Assembly (NCBI GenBank): GCA_038062955.1
Contig: JBBTWE010000001.1
Coordinates: 101,411-165,410, forward strand
Direction: 5' to 3'
Length of the DNA stretch: 64,000 bases
DNA from: Patescibacteria group bacterium
Lineage (GTDB): Bacteria > Patescibacteriota > Minisyncoccia > Phycocordibacterales > BOKC01
The notes beneath the pieces were generated by a model. The model searched no databases, was not told the DNA's origin, and saw nothing but the letters and a program-made list of their open reading frames with translations. The position numbers were made by a program, and so were the translations under genes. The stretch's first letter is position 1. Each line of letters begins with the position of its first letter. Shown here one piece after another: positions 18,286-25,991 of the stretch.

Positions 18286-18316
18286 AAAACCACCACGTCA
18301 GACGTGGTGGTTTTTA
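18286..18316 (+). terminator. rho-independent terminator of the pilin-like array
   Basis: AAAAACCACCACGTC-AGA-CGTGGTGGTTTTT hairpin plus T-run. Confidence 0.8.
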
Positions 18317-18335
18317 ATTTGTTGGGTAAATAAAA

Positions 18336-18401
18336 CCCCGTAGTGAATTTTGGCATAGCAACTTCGTTGCGGGAGCAATAATGTCAAAATCTACTACGGG
18401 G
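18336..18401. repeat. R4 short hairpin element (CCCCGTAGTGAATTTTGGCAT...ATGTCAAAATCTACTACGGGG)
   Basis: Direct read; left boundary of the GC-rich islet. Confidence 0.75.
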
Positions 18402-18439
18402 TAAAAAAAGCGGCAGAGAATTGAATCCTCCGCCGCTCG

Positions 18440-19582
18440 CTACCTCTCCACAAAGAACTTCACTGGTACCTTGAGCTTTTCACCCTTCTTTACGAAGAAA
18501 CACCATCCTTCGTACTCGTCTGGTGGACCAGTTGGTGTTAGGAGCCATTCTCCTTTTTCAGTGGGGAATTGAAGGCAGTAAGTTCCTTTTTTGGTGTACT
18601 TACTCCAACGGAACTCTCCACACTTTCCGATTCTCTCGTCCCAGATGTCGAATTGAGCTGGTAGCCCGAACTCATCGATGACGACGTTTCTGGCTTCGAG
18701 GATGTGTTCCTCTGGCCACCCCGTCTTCTCTATGAGGTTCGGCTCTCTTCCAGCCTCCATCATGAGTGTACCTCTCGGAAGCTCTACTTTGGCTACCACC
18801 ACTGTCGCACTTGCAACAGGAGTCGGGTTAGAAGCTCTCCATTCCTTGTACAGCAGTGTTTGTTGGACTTGTGTGAAGAGTCCTAATCCAACAACCGCTG
18901 CGAGAACGGTGGCTACCCACTTTCCCCATTTTTTGCCATGGAAAGCGATGGCGAACCAAAGAACAAAGAGGAGTCCTAGAGTGAAACCCCAAAAAATCTT
19001 TGGCTTACCTCGTATGTTATCCCATGCCTCCGGAAGGAGGAACATCATCGGTACATACACGACGGTAAAGATGAGGAGGGCGGTGATCCACAGATACCTA
19101 ATCTCCGGGATCCACAAGAATCCCCAGATTGGTGCACCACGTATCCCGTTCCACATTCTGGAATACAACGGTTTTTTGTTCGTTGTTGTCGGAGTATTTC
19201 CTTCAGGTTTATCTTCTGCGTGTCCCAGATCTTCTTCTTGTACTCTTGATCTGAACATCTCATAGAGACGAGTGAGGCCGAATACTACCGCCGCCAAACC
19301 CAGAAGCATCATGAACTCGTTATTGCTCGTGGATACTGTCGTGGGTGTGTGGTTTAAGAACTCAAGGCCAAACAACACCAAACTCATAGCGCCCACAACG
19401 CACAATGGGATCCAAATAGCCCAAGATTGGTGCGTCCAGATCACTTTGCGAAGTCTGGGAGCATTCTCTCCCAGATATTTCCAAGACTTTTTTCTCCAGC
19501 TAGGAACAGCAAGACACAGGATAACAGTGAGGACAAAAACGCCCCCCACAATCCACAACAGTGTTACGATGAAATTGAGCAT
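18440..19582 (-). CDS. polytopic membrane protein (about 7 TM) with C-terminal soluble Cys/Trp-rich domain; GC-rich
   Basis: 380 aa; hydrophobic segments through residue 260, then roughly 120-aa hydrophilic tail. Codon usage and GC (about 50%) unlike neighbours. Confidence 0.5.
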   Translation of the reverse strand: MLNFIVTLLWIVGGVFVLTVILCLAVPSWRKKSWKYLGENAPRLRKVIWTHQSWAIWIPLCVVGAMSLVLFGLEFLNHTPTTVSTSNNEFMMLLGLAAVVFGLTRLYEMFRSRVQEEDLGHAEDKPEGNTPTTTNKKPLYSRMWNGIRGAPIWGFLWIPEIRYLWITALLIFTVVYVPMMFLLPEAWDNIRGKPKIFWGFTLGLLFVLWFAIAFHGKKWGKWVATVLAAVVGLGLFTQVQQTLLYKEWRASNPTPVASATVVVAKVELPRGTLMMEAGREPNLIEKTGWPEEHILEARNVVIDEFGLPAQFDIWDERIGKCGEFRWSKYTKKGTYCLQFPTEKGEWLLTPTGPPDEYEGWCFFVKKGEKLKVPVKFFVER

Positions 19583-19744
19583 TAGTAGACTCCTTTCGTA
19601 AAGGGTTAAGTGGTTTGCTGGTATAAATCAAAGAACATTGCCAGCTACATATATATCATGGTTTATTTTATAAGTCAAATAATAAAAAGACCCCATTGAG
19701 TTTTCACTCGTTGGGGTCCTGCGCGTGAGAAAATCAGTTCGATT

Positions 19745-21112
19745 TCACTCCTTGTGGTCTTCACCGTCTTCTTCTTTCTGAGGTTTCTTTTCAGGAGAAG
19801 ACGACCTCTTTGGCTCGACTCCCGAGGGCGGGGAAGAAAGCCGAGGTGGATGCACTGGTGAAGTTTTGCCAGCTAGTATGGTGCCCATGACAGCAGTGGT
19901 TAGATCTCCACCGGTCATAAACACCTGGGCAGCTGGGTTGACGGTTTTTTGGAGGGTGTCCATTTGTATTGATAACTCCCCCCCTGGGCTACTGACTGCC
20001 TTTGCCATTTTCTGAAGACCAGCGGCTCGACCAGTAAGGAAAGCTTTCTCTTTTGCGCCGAGCCCTTCTCCTTGAAGTTTGAGATTCTTCCTATTGAAGC
20101 TCGCCTCCCTTAATGCAGCCATAGCCACATTGACTGTTCTTGAGATCCCGTGCCTGTCAACGTAACCGGCATTAAAGTTGATACCCCAAGGGTCATCTTT
20201 CTTTCCGGTTTCAGGATTCTTCTCTTCTCCGATAAGGATCTCTACTCTCCTGTGAATCAATGCGTTTACTTGGGGGATTCGACAGAGAAGCATGAGTGGC
20301 GTCAGCTTAGCAAATTCCGCTTGCGCTGCAGCCACGATCGTGGCTGCAATATCGCGTACGGCTTCTGCTATGGTGCCGCCAGTCTGCACGAACCTCATCG
20401 GACTCCAAATAGTGAATCGGCCGATGAACTCGGGCTCAATTGTCAGCTGATCGTGAAGGGGATTATCCGTTCCCTTCAGGCGTCCAACTAAGTTATCGTA
20501 CGTCTTTTTGTCTTCGGCTGCCATTTTCTCCCAAGCCTCTTGCTCTTCAGTCGTCTGATCGGGCTTGAAATCTGGCTTTGGTGGCAGAGTGTAGACCATA
20601 GTGTTACGGTCGGCAGTTATGATGCGAACCACAACCACATCGTCTTCTCCCTTGTCATCCTTGCTCGTGTAGATCTTTCTGAGCAATTCGTGTTTCGGTA
20701 TTGCAAACTGGATCCTTTTTGTTGGAAACCGTTTGATACTACAGAGAAGCCATGGTACAAACACAGGGCCGGATGATAAGTCTCGAATTGGTTTACCGAG
20801 AAGGAGCAGGGCTGCCTGCTCGTCTGGTCCAATTATTCGCATACTCTTGATGGCAAAAAATACCATTATCAGTGTGACAAAAGAGAATGAGTCTACACTG
20901 AGGCCAGCAAAGTTCTTCAGACCAATCCATAGCCCCACCGTAGCGATAAACAGGATCGCAAAATACGGTACGGGCATGACATAATAGGCAATGCTAGCCC
21001 CCTTCTTATTTCTTGCCCACCAATTGAGTCTAGACTCCTTTTCGTTTGCTTCGTTGTTTGCGGCTGTGTTGTTGGTGTCTGGATCCAGGGGAGGTGTCGT
21101 ATTCGAGGTCAT
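19745..21112 (-). CDS. SPFH/band-7 (stomatin/HflKC/flotillin-like) domain membrane protein; GC-rich
   Basis: N-terminal TM, then SMRIIGPDEQAALLLLGKPIRDLSSGPVFVPWLL...RIQF (SPFH core), later WGINFNAGYVDRHGISRTVNVAMA and AEKEAFLTGRAAG coiled region; 455 aa. Confidence 0.6.
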   Translation of the reverse strand: MTSNTTPPLDPDTNNTAANNEANEKESRLNWWARNKKGASIAYYVMPVPYFAILFIATVGLWIGLKNFAGLSVDSFSFVTLIMVFFAIKSMRIIGPDEQAALLLLGKPIRDLSSGPVFVPWLLCSIKRFPTKRIQFAIPKHELLRKIYTSKDDKGEDDVVVVRIITADRNTMVYTLPPKPDFKPDQTTEEQEAWEKMAAEDKKTYDNLVGRLKGTDNPLHDQLTIEPEFIGRFTIWSPMRFVQTGGTIAEAVRDIAATIVAAAQAEFAKLTPLMLLCRIPQVNALIHRRVEILIGEEKNPETGKKDDPWGINFNAGYVDRHGISRTVNVAMAALREASFNRKNLKLQGEGLGAKEKAFLTGRAAGLQKMAKAVSSPGGELSIQMDTLQKTVNPAAQVFMTGGDLTTAVMGTILAGKTSPVHPPRLSSPPSGVEPKRSSSPEKKPQKEEDGEDHKE

Positions 21113-21230
21113 TTGAGAGTCTCCTTGTTTTGTATTTCGAACTGATTTTCACGTCAAAGAGCATTGTTTCCTACAACGAGTAGGGAACGGTTCTAGTTGC
21201 TACTATATATTCTTTCTATAAAAAAGTCAA

Positions 21231-21297
21231 CCCCGTAGTAGATTTTGGCATAGCAACCTCGGTTGCGAATAAAATAATGCCAAAATTCACTACGGGG
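21231..21297. repeat. R4 short hairpin element (CCCCGTAGTAGATTTTGGCAT...ATGCCAAAATTCACTACGGGG)
   Basis: Direct read; right boundary of the GC-rich islet. Confidence 0.75.
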
Positions 21298-21423
21298 TCA
21301 ACCTGCGTAATGCATCATGACCTTCGCAACACTCCATCGTAATATTTCAATTTTTATGGATCTTAATAGACCTTGACTCAAATGTATTAAAGCATAGAGT
21401 AATTGAAGAGAAATTTTTAATTT

Positions 21424-21495
21424 GGCCTAGTGGCGAAGGGGTAACGCGGCTCTCTGCAAAAGAGTTATGCGCCGGTTCGAGTCCGGCCTAGGCCT
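21424..21495 (+). tRNA. tRNA-Cys (GCA)
   Basis: Acceptor GGCCTAG/CTAGGCC, anticodon loop CTGCAAA, T-loop TTCGAGT, discriminator U; no encoded CCA. Confidence 0.85.
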
Positions 21496-21550
21496 CAATA
21501 TTCATTTCACAAATCACTTAATTTCTTGTATCCTAAAAAGCTAAGAGTTT

Positions 21551-21632
21551 GCCCGGGTGGCGTAATTGGTAGCCGCACTTGACTTAAGATCAAGCGCCGT
21601 AAGGCTTGCGAGTTCGAGTCTCGCCCCGGGCA
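21551..21632 (+). tRNA. tRNA-Leu (TAA)
   Basis: Acceptor GCCCGGG/CCCGGGC, anticodon stem CTTGA/TCAAG, loop CTTAAGA, long variable arm, discriminator A. Confidence 0.85.
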
Positions 21633-21662
21633 CAAGTCATTTTATATAAAAATAAATAATAT

Positions 21663-21735
21663 CCGCCTGTAGCTCAGTTGGTAGAGCAGATCCCTCTTAA
21701 GGATAAGGTCGAAGGTTCGAATCCTTCCAGGCGGA
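21663..21735 (+). tRNA. tRNA-Lys (CTT)
   Basis: Acceptor CCGCCTG/CAGGCGG, D-arm GCTCAGTTGGTAGAGC, anticodon loop CTCTTAA, T-loop TTCGAAT. Confidence 0.85.
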
Positions 21736-21847
21736 CAAGAAAGCGTTATATGCTTTCGGGAAGGATTCGAAGCCCGATTGAGCTTATTTTATGATCCTGA
21801 TTTTATCGAAGGAGAAATAAAATAACCAATCGGGGTACTGAAACTGT

Positions 21848-21866
21848 AAGTTTCGAATCCTTCCAG
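21848..21866 (+). repeat. partial duplicate of tRNA-Lys 3' end (TTCGAATCCTTCCAGGCGGA)
   Basis: 19-20 nt identical to 21717..21736, located 110 bp downstream. Confidence 0.7.
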
Positions 21867-21907
21867 GCGGACCCGCAATTGAGAGATCGCGGAGCCATTC
21901 TAAATTT

Positions 21908-21991
21908 GCTGGGATGGTGAAATTGGTAGACACACCAGCCTTAGGAGCTGGTGCCTTAATCGGCATGGAGGTTCGAGTCCTCTTCCCAGCA
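21908..21991 (+). tRNA. tRNA-Leu (TAG)
   Basis: Acceptor GCTGGGA/TCCCAGC, anticodon stem CCAGC/GCTGG, loop CTTAGGA, long variable arm, discriminator A. Confidence 0.85.
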
Positions 21992-22149
21992 CAACAAAAG
22001 AAAAGCCGGCTTCAAGTCGGTATTTTCTTTTGTTGTAATCTGGATAAAAGACGAGAAGGCCGGATCGAAGTAGCTATATGAGCGAAGCGAAAAGCTACGA
22101 GTGAGGCGGGGTCGAGCAAAATTTTTTTTAAAAAATTTATGTGTGACCG

Positions 22150-22168
22150 AGTCCTCTTCCCAGCACAA
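22150..22168 (+). repeat. duplicate of tRNA-Leu(TAG) 3' end (GAGTCCTCTTCCCAGCACA) followed by perfect hairpin
   Basis: 19 nt identical to 21976..21994; then ATAATAAAAATCCTGCA-CAAA-CTGCAGGATTTTTATTAT hairpin. Confidence 0.7.
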
Positions 22169-22245
22169 TAATAAAAATCCTGCACAAACTGCAGGATTTT
22201 TATTATTGTGCTGGAAGAAGGTAAGCTTCTTTACTTTATTTTTCT

Positions 22246-22527
22246 TTAAATTTTATCCAACTTAAATTCAGTGAAGGGGACTGAAGAAAGGCGACTGTTG
22301 TCTCTTAAATATTCTTTGAATTCATTTACTTTTCGAGAAAGAAATTGCATCACCACTTCTTCTTTATCTTTAGGCATTACATTCAAGTAAATTGTTGCAG
22401 TTCGCTCTCGGTTTCTGGTTTCAACGCGAGTTACTGTAATCAAAGATTGGGGACCAGACTCCTTTTCAATAAAAGTCGCCGCCAATTCGCGGATTATTTT
22501 TTCAGTTCTTTCTTTTCTATATGGCAT
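22246..22527 (-). CDS. rbfA: ribosome-binding factor A
   Basis: 93 aa, RbfA-like R..RI...I, LITVTRVE...ATIYL pattern; immediately downstream of infB. Confidence 0.8.
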   Translation of the reverse strand: MPYRKERTEKIIRELAATFIEKESGPQSLITVTRVETRNRERTATIYLNVMPKDKEEVVMQFLSRKVNEFKEYLRDNSRLSSVPFTEFKLDKI

Positions 22528-22621
22528 GATAAAAAATTTAAGATATAAGATTTATGATTTCAGATTTATTTTGTTTTAATGCTTTTGGATTTTTTCAATC
22601 TTACATCTTAAATCATAAATC

Positions 22622-24154
22622 TCAAATCTTTACTGGTTGTTTGGTGACTTTAAAAAACTCCAACGTATCGGCAGCAGTAACCGTTATCTTACCTTCAACT
22701 AAAGCGCCAAATTCATTTCCTGAACTGACTTCTTTGGTTTCAGCTTTTTTTTGTTGCAAACCTCTTATTTTCCCAGTGCCGATGATGTTTCCTCGTCTAT
22801 TTATTCTGAAGAGACCACCGGTTTCAATAAGACCCTCTATAACTTTGCCTCCAATTATCTGCTTTTCTTTTTGCATTCCAAAAACTTTTATAATGACAGC
22901 TTTTCCTGTAATTTCTTCAACATCAATCTTTGGCAAAAGGGTGGCCAAATCAGTCTTGAGCCATTCGGTGATTTTGTAAATCACATCAAATATTTTTATT
23001 GTTACTTCCTCGCGCAAAGCCAGGGATTTTGCGGAATTATCTATTTTGGTGTTGAAAGCAATAATAATCGGTTTTTTCTCTAGGTTTGCGTTTTTTATAT
23101 CACCTTCGCCAATTTGGCCGATACTTGAATTTATAATTTTAAATTCTATTTTTCCCGTATTGAGTTTAGTTATTTCGTGTTTTATGGCCTCCAAACTTCC
23201 TTCGGTGTCAGCTTTTAGCATTATAGGGATAGTCAACATGTCAGAATTAACGACGGTGTTTGCTTTCTGTTTTTTAACAATTGTAGGTTCTTTAAAATTA
23301 ATCACCGCACTCTCGGCTTCTTTTCTTGTTTCGAATGTTTTAAAAGAGGAACCGACTTTTGGAATTTCATTCCAACCGATAATTTTAATTGGGCTTGAGA
23401 AGCTCGCTTCGTCTATTTTTTCACCCAAAAAATTTTCCATCATCCTAACTGGCGTATAAGCTTTGTCAGCTGTTACAAAAAGTCCGGTTCGAAGTGAACC
23501 ATTTTTTATCAGAAGACTTACGGAAATCCCACATTTAGGATCGAGATGGCTTTCTAAGACAAATCCTTCCGCAAGTGTTTCTTTATCACCTTTCAGTTCT
23601 TCCAATTCAGCAACTAGACTGATAAGTTCTAGTAATTCCGGAATATTTTTTCCGAGCTTAGCTGAAATTTCAACTCCCGGTACATCCCCGCCATATCCTT
23701 CCAAGAAAATTCCGTGTTCACTTAAACTGTTTCGAGTTTTTTCCAAATTGGCGCCCGGTTTATCAATTTTATTTATAGCAACAATGTACGGCATCTTTTC
23801 TTCTTGTATGCATTTTAGCGCTTCGAGAGTTTGCGGTTTTACTCCGTCATCTGCGGCTACAACAAGAATCGCGATATCTGCCACTTTGGCGCCGCGTGAT
23901 CTTATGGCTTTAAATGCTTCGTGTCCTGGCGTGTCAAGAAAAGTTATTTTAACTGCAGAAGATTTTGCAGATGGGATTTTAACTTCATACGCCGACATTT
24001 TTTGGGTGATGCCTCCGGCTTCTTTTTCGGCTACGTTTGATTTTCTTATAAAATCAAGCAGAGTGGATTTCCCATGATCAATATGACCCATCACAACCAC
24101 AATTGGAGGACGAGCCACTAGACCAGTATTTTTTTGTTTTTGAATTTTCTGCAT
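22622..24154 (-). CDS. infB: translation initiation factor IF-2 (short form lacking long N-terminal region)
   Basis: G-domain VVVMGHIDHGKSTLLD, DTPGHEAF, NKIDK; 510 aa. Confidence 0.9.
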   Translation of the reverse strand: MQKIQKQKNTGLVARPPIVVVMGHIDHGKSTLLDFIRKSNVAEKEAGGITQKMSAYEVKIPSAKSSAVKITFLDTPGHEAFKAIRSRGAKVADIAILVVAADDGVKPQTLEALKCIQEEKMPYIVAINKIDKPGANLEKTRNSLSEHGIFLEGYGGDVPGVEISAKLGKNIPELLELISLVAELEELKGDKETLAEGFVLESHLDPKCGISVSLLIKNGSLRTGLFVTADKAYTPVRMMENFLGEKIDEASFSSPIKIIGWNEIPKVGSSFKTFETRKEAESAVINFKEPTIVKKQKANTVVNSDMLTIPIMLKADTEGSLEAIKHEITKLNTGKIEFKIINSSIGQIGEGDIKNANLEKKPIIIAFNTKIDNSAKSLALREEVTIKIFDVIYKITEWLKTDLATLLPKIDVEEITGKAVIIKVFGMQKEKQIIGGKVIEGLIETGGLFRINRRGNIIGTGKIRGLQQKKAETKEVSSGNEFGALVEGKITVTAADTLEFFKVTKQPVKI

Positions 24155-24291
24155 ATATCAAAAAAAGGACAATGTAAAACGTGGAAATGTGAAATGACCG
24201 CTTAAATTCAAATATGACTCGGCGGGTCTACGTATCAATTAGACCACCATATCACACAATTCTCTATTTCGCGATTACTTAACGCGTGTTT

Positions 24292-24780
24292 TTAATTTCC
24301 ACTCCTGATTGATTCCATGGCCTCATCTGCCGCCTCTTTTTCTTCACTCGCTAATTCAAACGGACTCTTGTTTTGGTTTAACGGCTTTGCGAAGACAGAA
24401 ATTCTTTCTCTATGATAAAGGCCGGTTAAAATCACGCCGTCGCCGTCTTCGTTTAGAAAAGCGGAGGAAAAACTTTGGTTTCCACCTTCACCGCTCCCTT
24501 TAAATGGATTAAAACGGACGGTTTTTATGGCACGAACGCTCTTCTTTAGTTTCTTTTCAACAATGTTTAAAGCGGACTCTGTTTCTTTACGGAAATCTTC
24601 CAAACTTTCAAGTCTTTTATAATTCTCAAGCAAAGCATCTTCCAAATTTATTTTTTTCCCTCCTACCAAATTTTTAAGTCTTCTTTGTAAAACAAAGTTC
24701 CAGATTATTAAAACAAGAATAAAAAAAGCTAAAATTGAAACTATAAAAAGAATAGGATTTTGCTCTATAAGAGTTCGCAT
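24292..24780 (-). CDS. DUF4446-family membrane-anchored protein
   Basis: TM followed by RFNPFKGSGEGGNQSFSSAFLNEDGDGVIL pattern; start trimmed to MRTLIEQ. Confidence 0.55.
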   Translation of the reverse strand: MRTLIEQNPILFIVSILAFFILVLIIWNFVLQRRLKNLVGGKKINLEDALLENYKRLESLEDFRKETESALNIVEKKLKKSVRAIKTVRFNPFKGSGEGGNQSFSSAFLNEDGDGVILTGLYHRERISVFAKPLNQNKSPFELASEEKEAADEAMESIRSGN

Positions 24781-24910
24781 ATAAATGATTGAAATATTAT
24801 ACCCCAGATTAGTAAATACTACTTGGTAGTTTAGTAACATGGGGGAATTGAAATTAATTTCCTAGCATATACACATTGTGATATTATTTACTCAACTTAA
24901 AAATTTAGAA

Positions 24911-25020
24911 TTTTCAGATTCGGATGCAGATCAAGGCGCAAGCGAGAACCGTACCGAGACGTATTTAATAATACGTTGAGGGAGGCTCGGAGTGAAGCAA
25001 CGCAGAGATGCGCCGAATAT
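24911..25020 (+). repeat. structured repeat / candidate ncRNA family R3, copy A
   Basis: TGCAGATCAAGGCGCAAG...ACCGAGACGTATT-TAAT-AATACGTTGAGGGAGGCTCGGAGTGAAGCAACGCAGAGATGCGCCGAATATGG; GAGA tetraloop hairpin CGCA-GAGA-TGCG. Confidence 0.55.
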
Positions 25021-25831
25021 GGAAGTTCTTTATATACTTATGGAAGATTTAAGCAAAACCCAAATAATACTTTTAGGACTCCTCGTGAGCTTTGTAAGCT
25101 CTGTTGCTATTAGCATAATGACCTATTCGCTCTTAAGTGAAGCGCCCGCAACTATTACTCAAACAATAAATAGAGTGGTAGAGAGGACCATTGAGACAGT
25201 TGTGCCAGCAGAAAATAAGCCAGAAGTTATCACCAAGGAAGTTACTGTTGTTGTTAAAGAAGAAGATTTGGTTATAGACGCTATTAAGAAAAATGAAGGC
25301 AGTCTTGTCAGAATTCAAGAAATCATTAAAGGGGTTCCACCAAAATTTTCAGCCTTTGGTTTGGTTTTACATAAAGGAGGCCTGATTGCCACTTCAAAAA
25401 CTAATTTTCTGCCTAACGCGACATTTGAGGCAGTCTTGCCAGATAATTCAAAAGTAACTTTGAAAAAAATGTTTGCTCCCACTAAAAACTTTTCATTTTT
25501 TACCGTTGAGAATTCTGCCCAAAAAGAATTTGTAGGCGCATCGATGGGGGATTCTGATACTTTACAGCTTGGACAGACAGTTATTTCTATACGAGGGGTT
25601 GAACGCAACACTGTATCAATTGGCAGAATAAACGGACTCTTGCTGACTCCAGAAAATAGTGAAAATGCCACATCTTCCAGATATTCTCTTATTGAGAGTG
25701 ATGTCTTAAATGGGGAAGTTGGCAGTCCGGCTCTAAACCTAAACGGAGAACTCATTGGAATGAGTTCCGGCCAGCTCGGAAATTTTATTCCGATAAATCT
25801 TCTGAAATTAGAAATGCAAAATCTAATCTAG
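25019..25831 (+). CDS. membrane-anchored trypsin-like (S1C/HtrA-like) domain protein with substituted catalytic triad (likely pseudo-protease)
   Basis: [17 protein letters not shown] and [28 protein letters not shown] are colinear with HtrA ADSDALRVGD... and [26 protein letters not shown], but the GNSGG Ser box reads GEVGS and the His/Asp positions are also substituted. Confidence 0.5.
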   Translation: [270 protein letters not shown]

Positions 25832-25887
25832 GCACTATAAGCTTGCTTTTTTCATAGAAATCGTTTATAATACTGCTCTCTGAAATT

Positions 25888-25957
25888 GTTGATTTTTGCC
25901 CTTCAAAAATCACGTCGTAAGATTTTCTACAATGTAATTGTGGAAAATTTACGACGC
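25888..25957 (+). repeat. R2-related element (ATTTTTGCCCTTCAAAAATCACG plus 45-nt hairpin CGTCGTAAGATTTTCTACAA...TTGTGGAAAATTTACGACG)
   Basis: Shares core with 401..516 / 6378..6492; near-identical copy at 41083..41147 with compensatory loop change. Confidence 0.7.
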
Positions 25958-25991
25958 GGGTGTCGCTAAATATAAAAGTTCGAACACTTCA

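Noticed and set aside
18678-19265. 195-aa plus-strand ORF and other ORFs antisense to the GC-rich membrane protein gene, plus 20150..20984 antisense ORFs inside the SPFH gene
   Set aside because: High GC suppresses stop codons. The minus-strand frames have coherent TM-helix and SPFH features and the antisense frames do not.
21784-22168. Two minus-strand ORFs (60 and 70 aa) in the tRNA cluster
   Set aside because: They run across tRNA-Leu(TAG) and the duplicated tRNA 3' segments and hairpins. They are non-coding sequence translated by chance.
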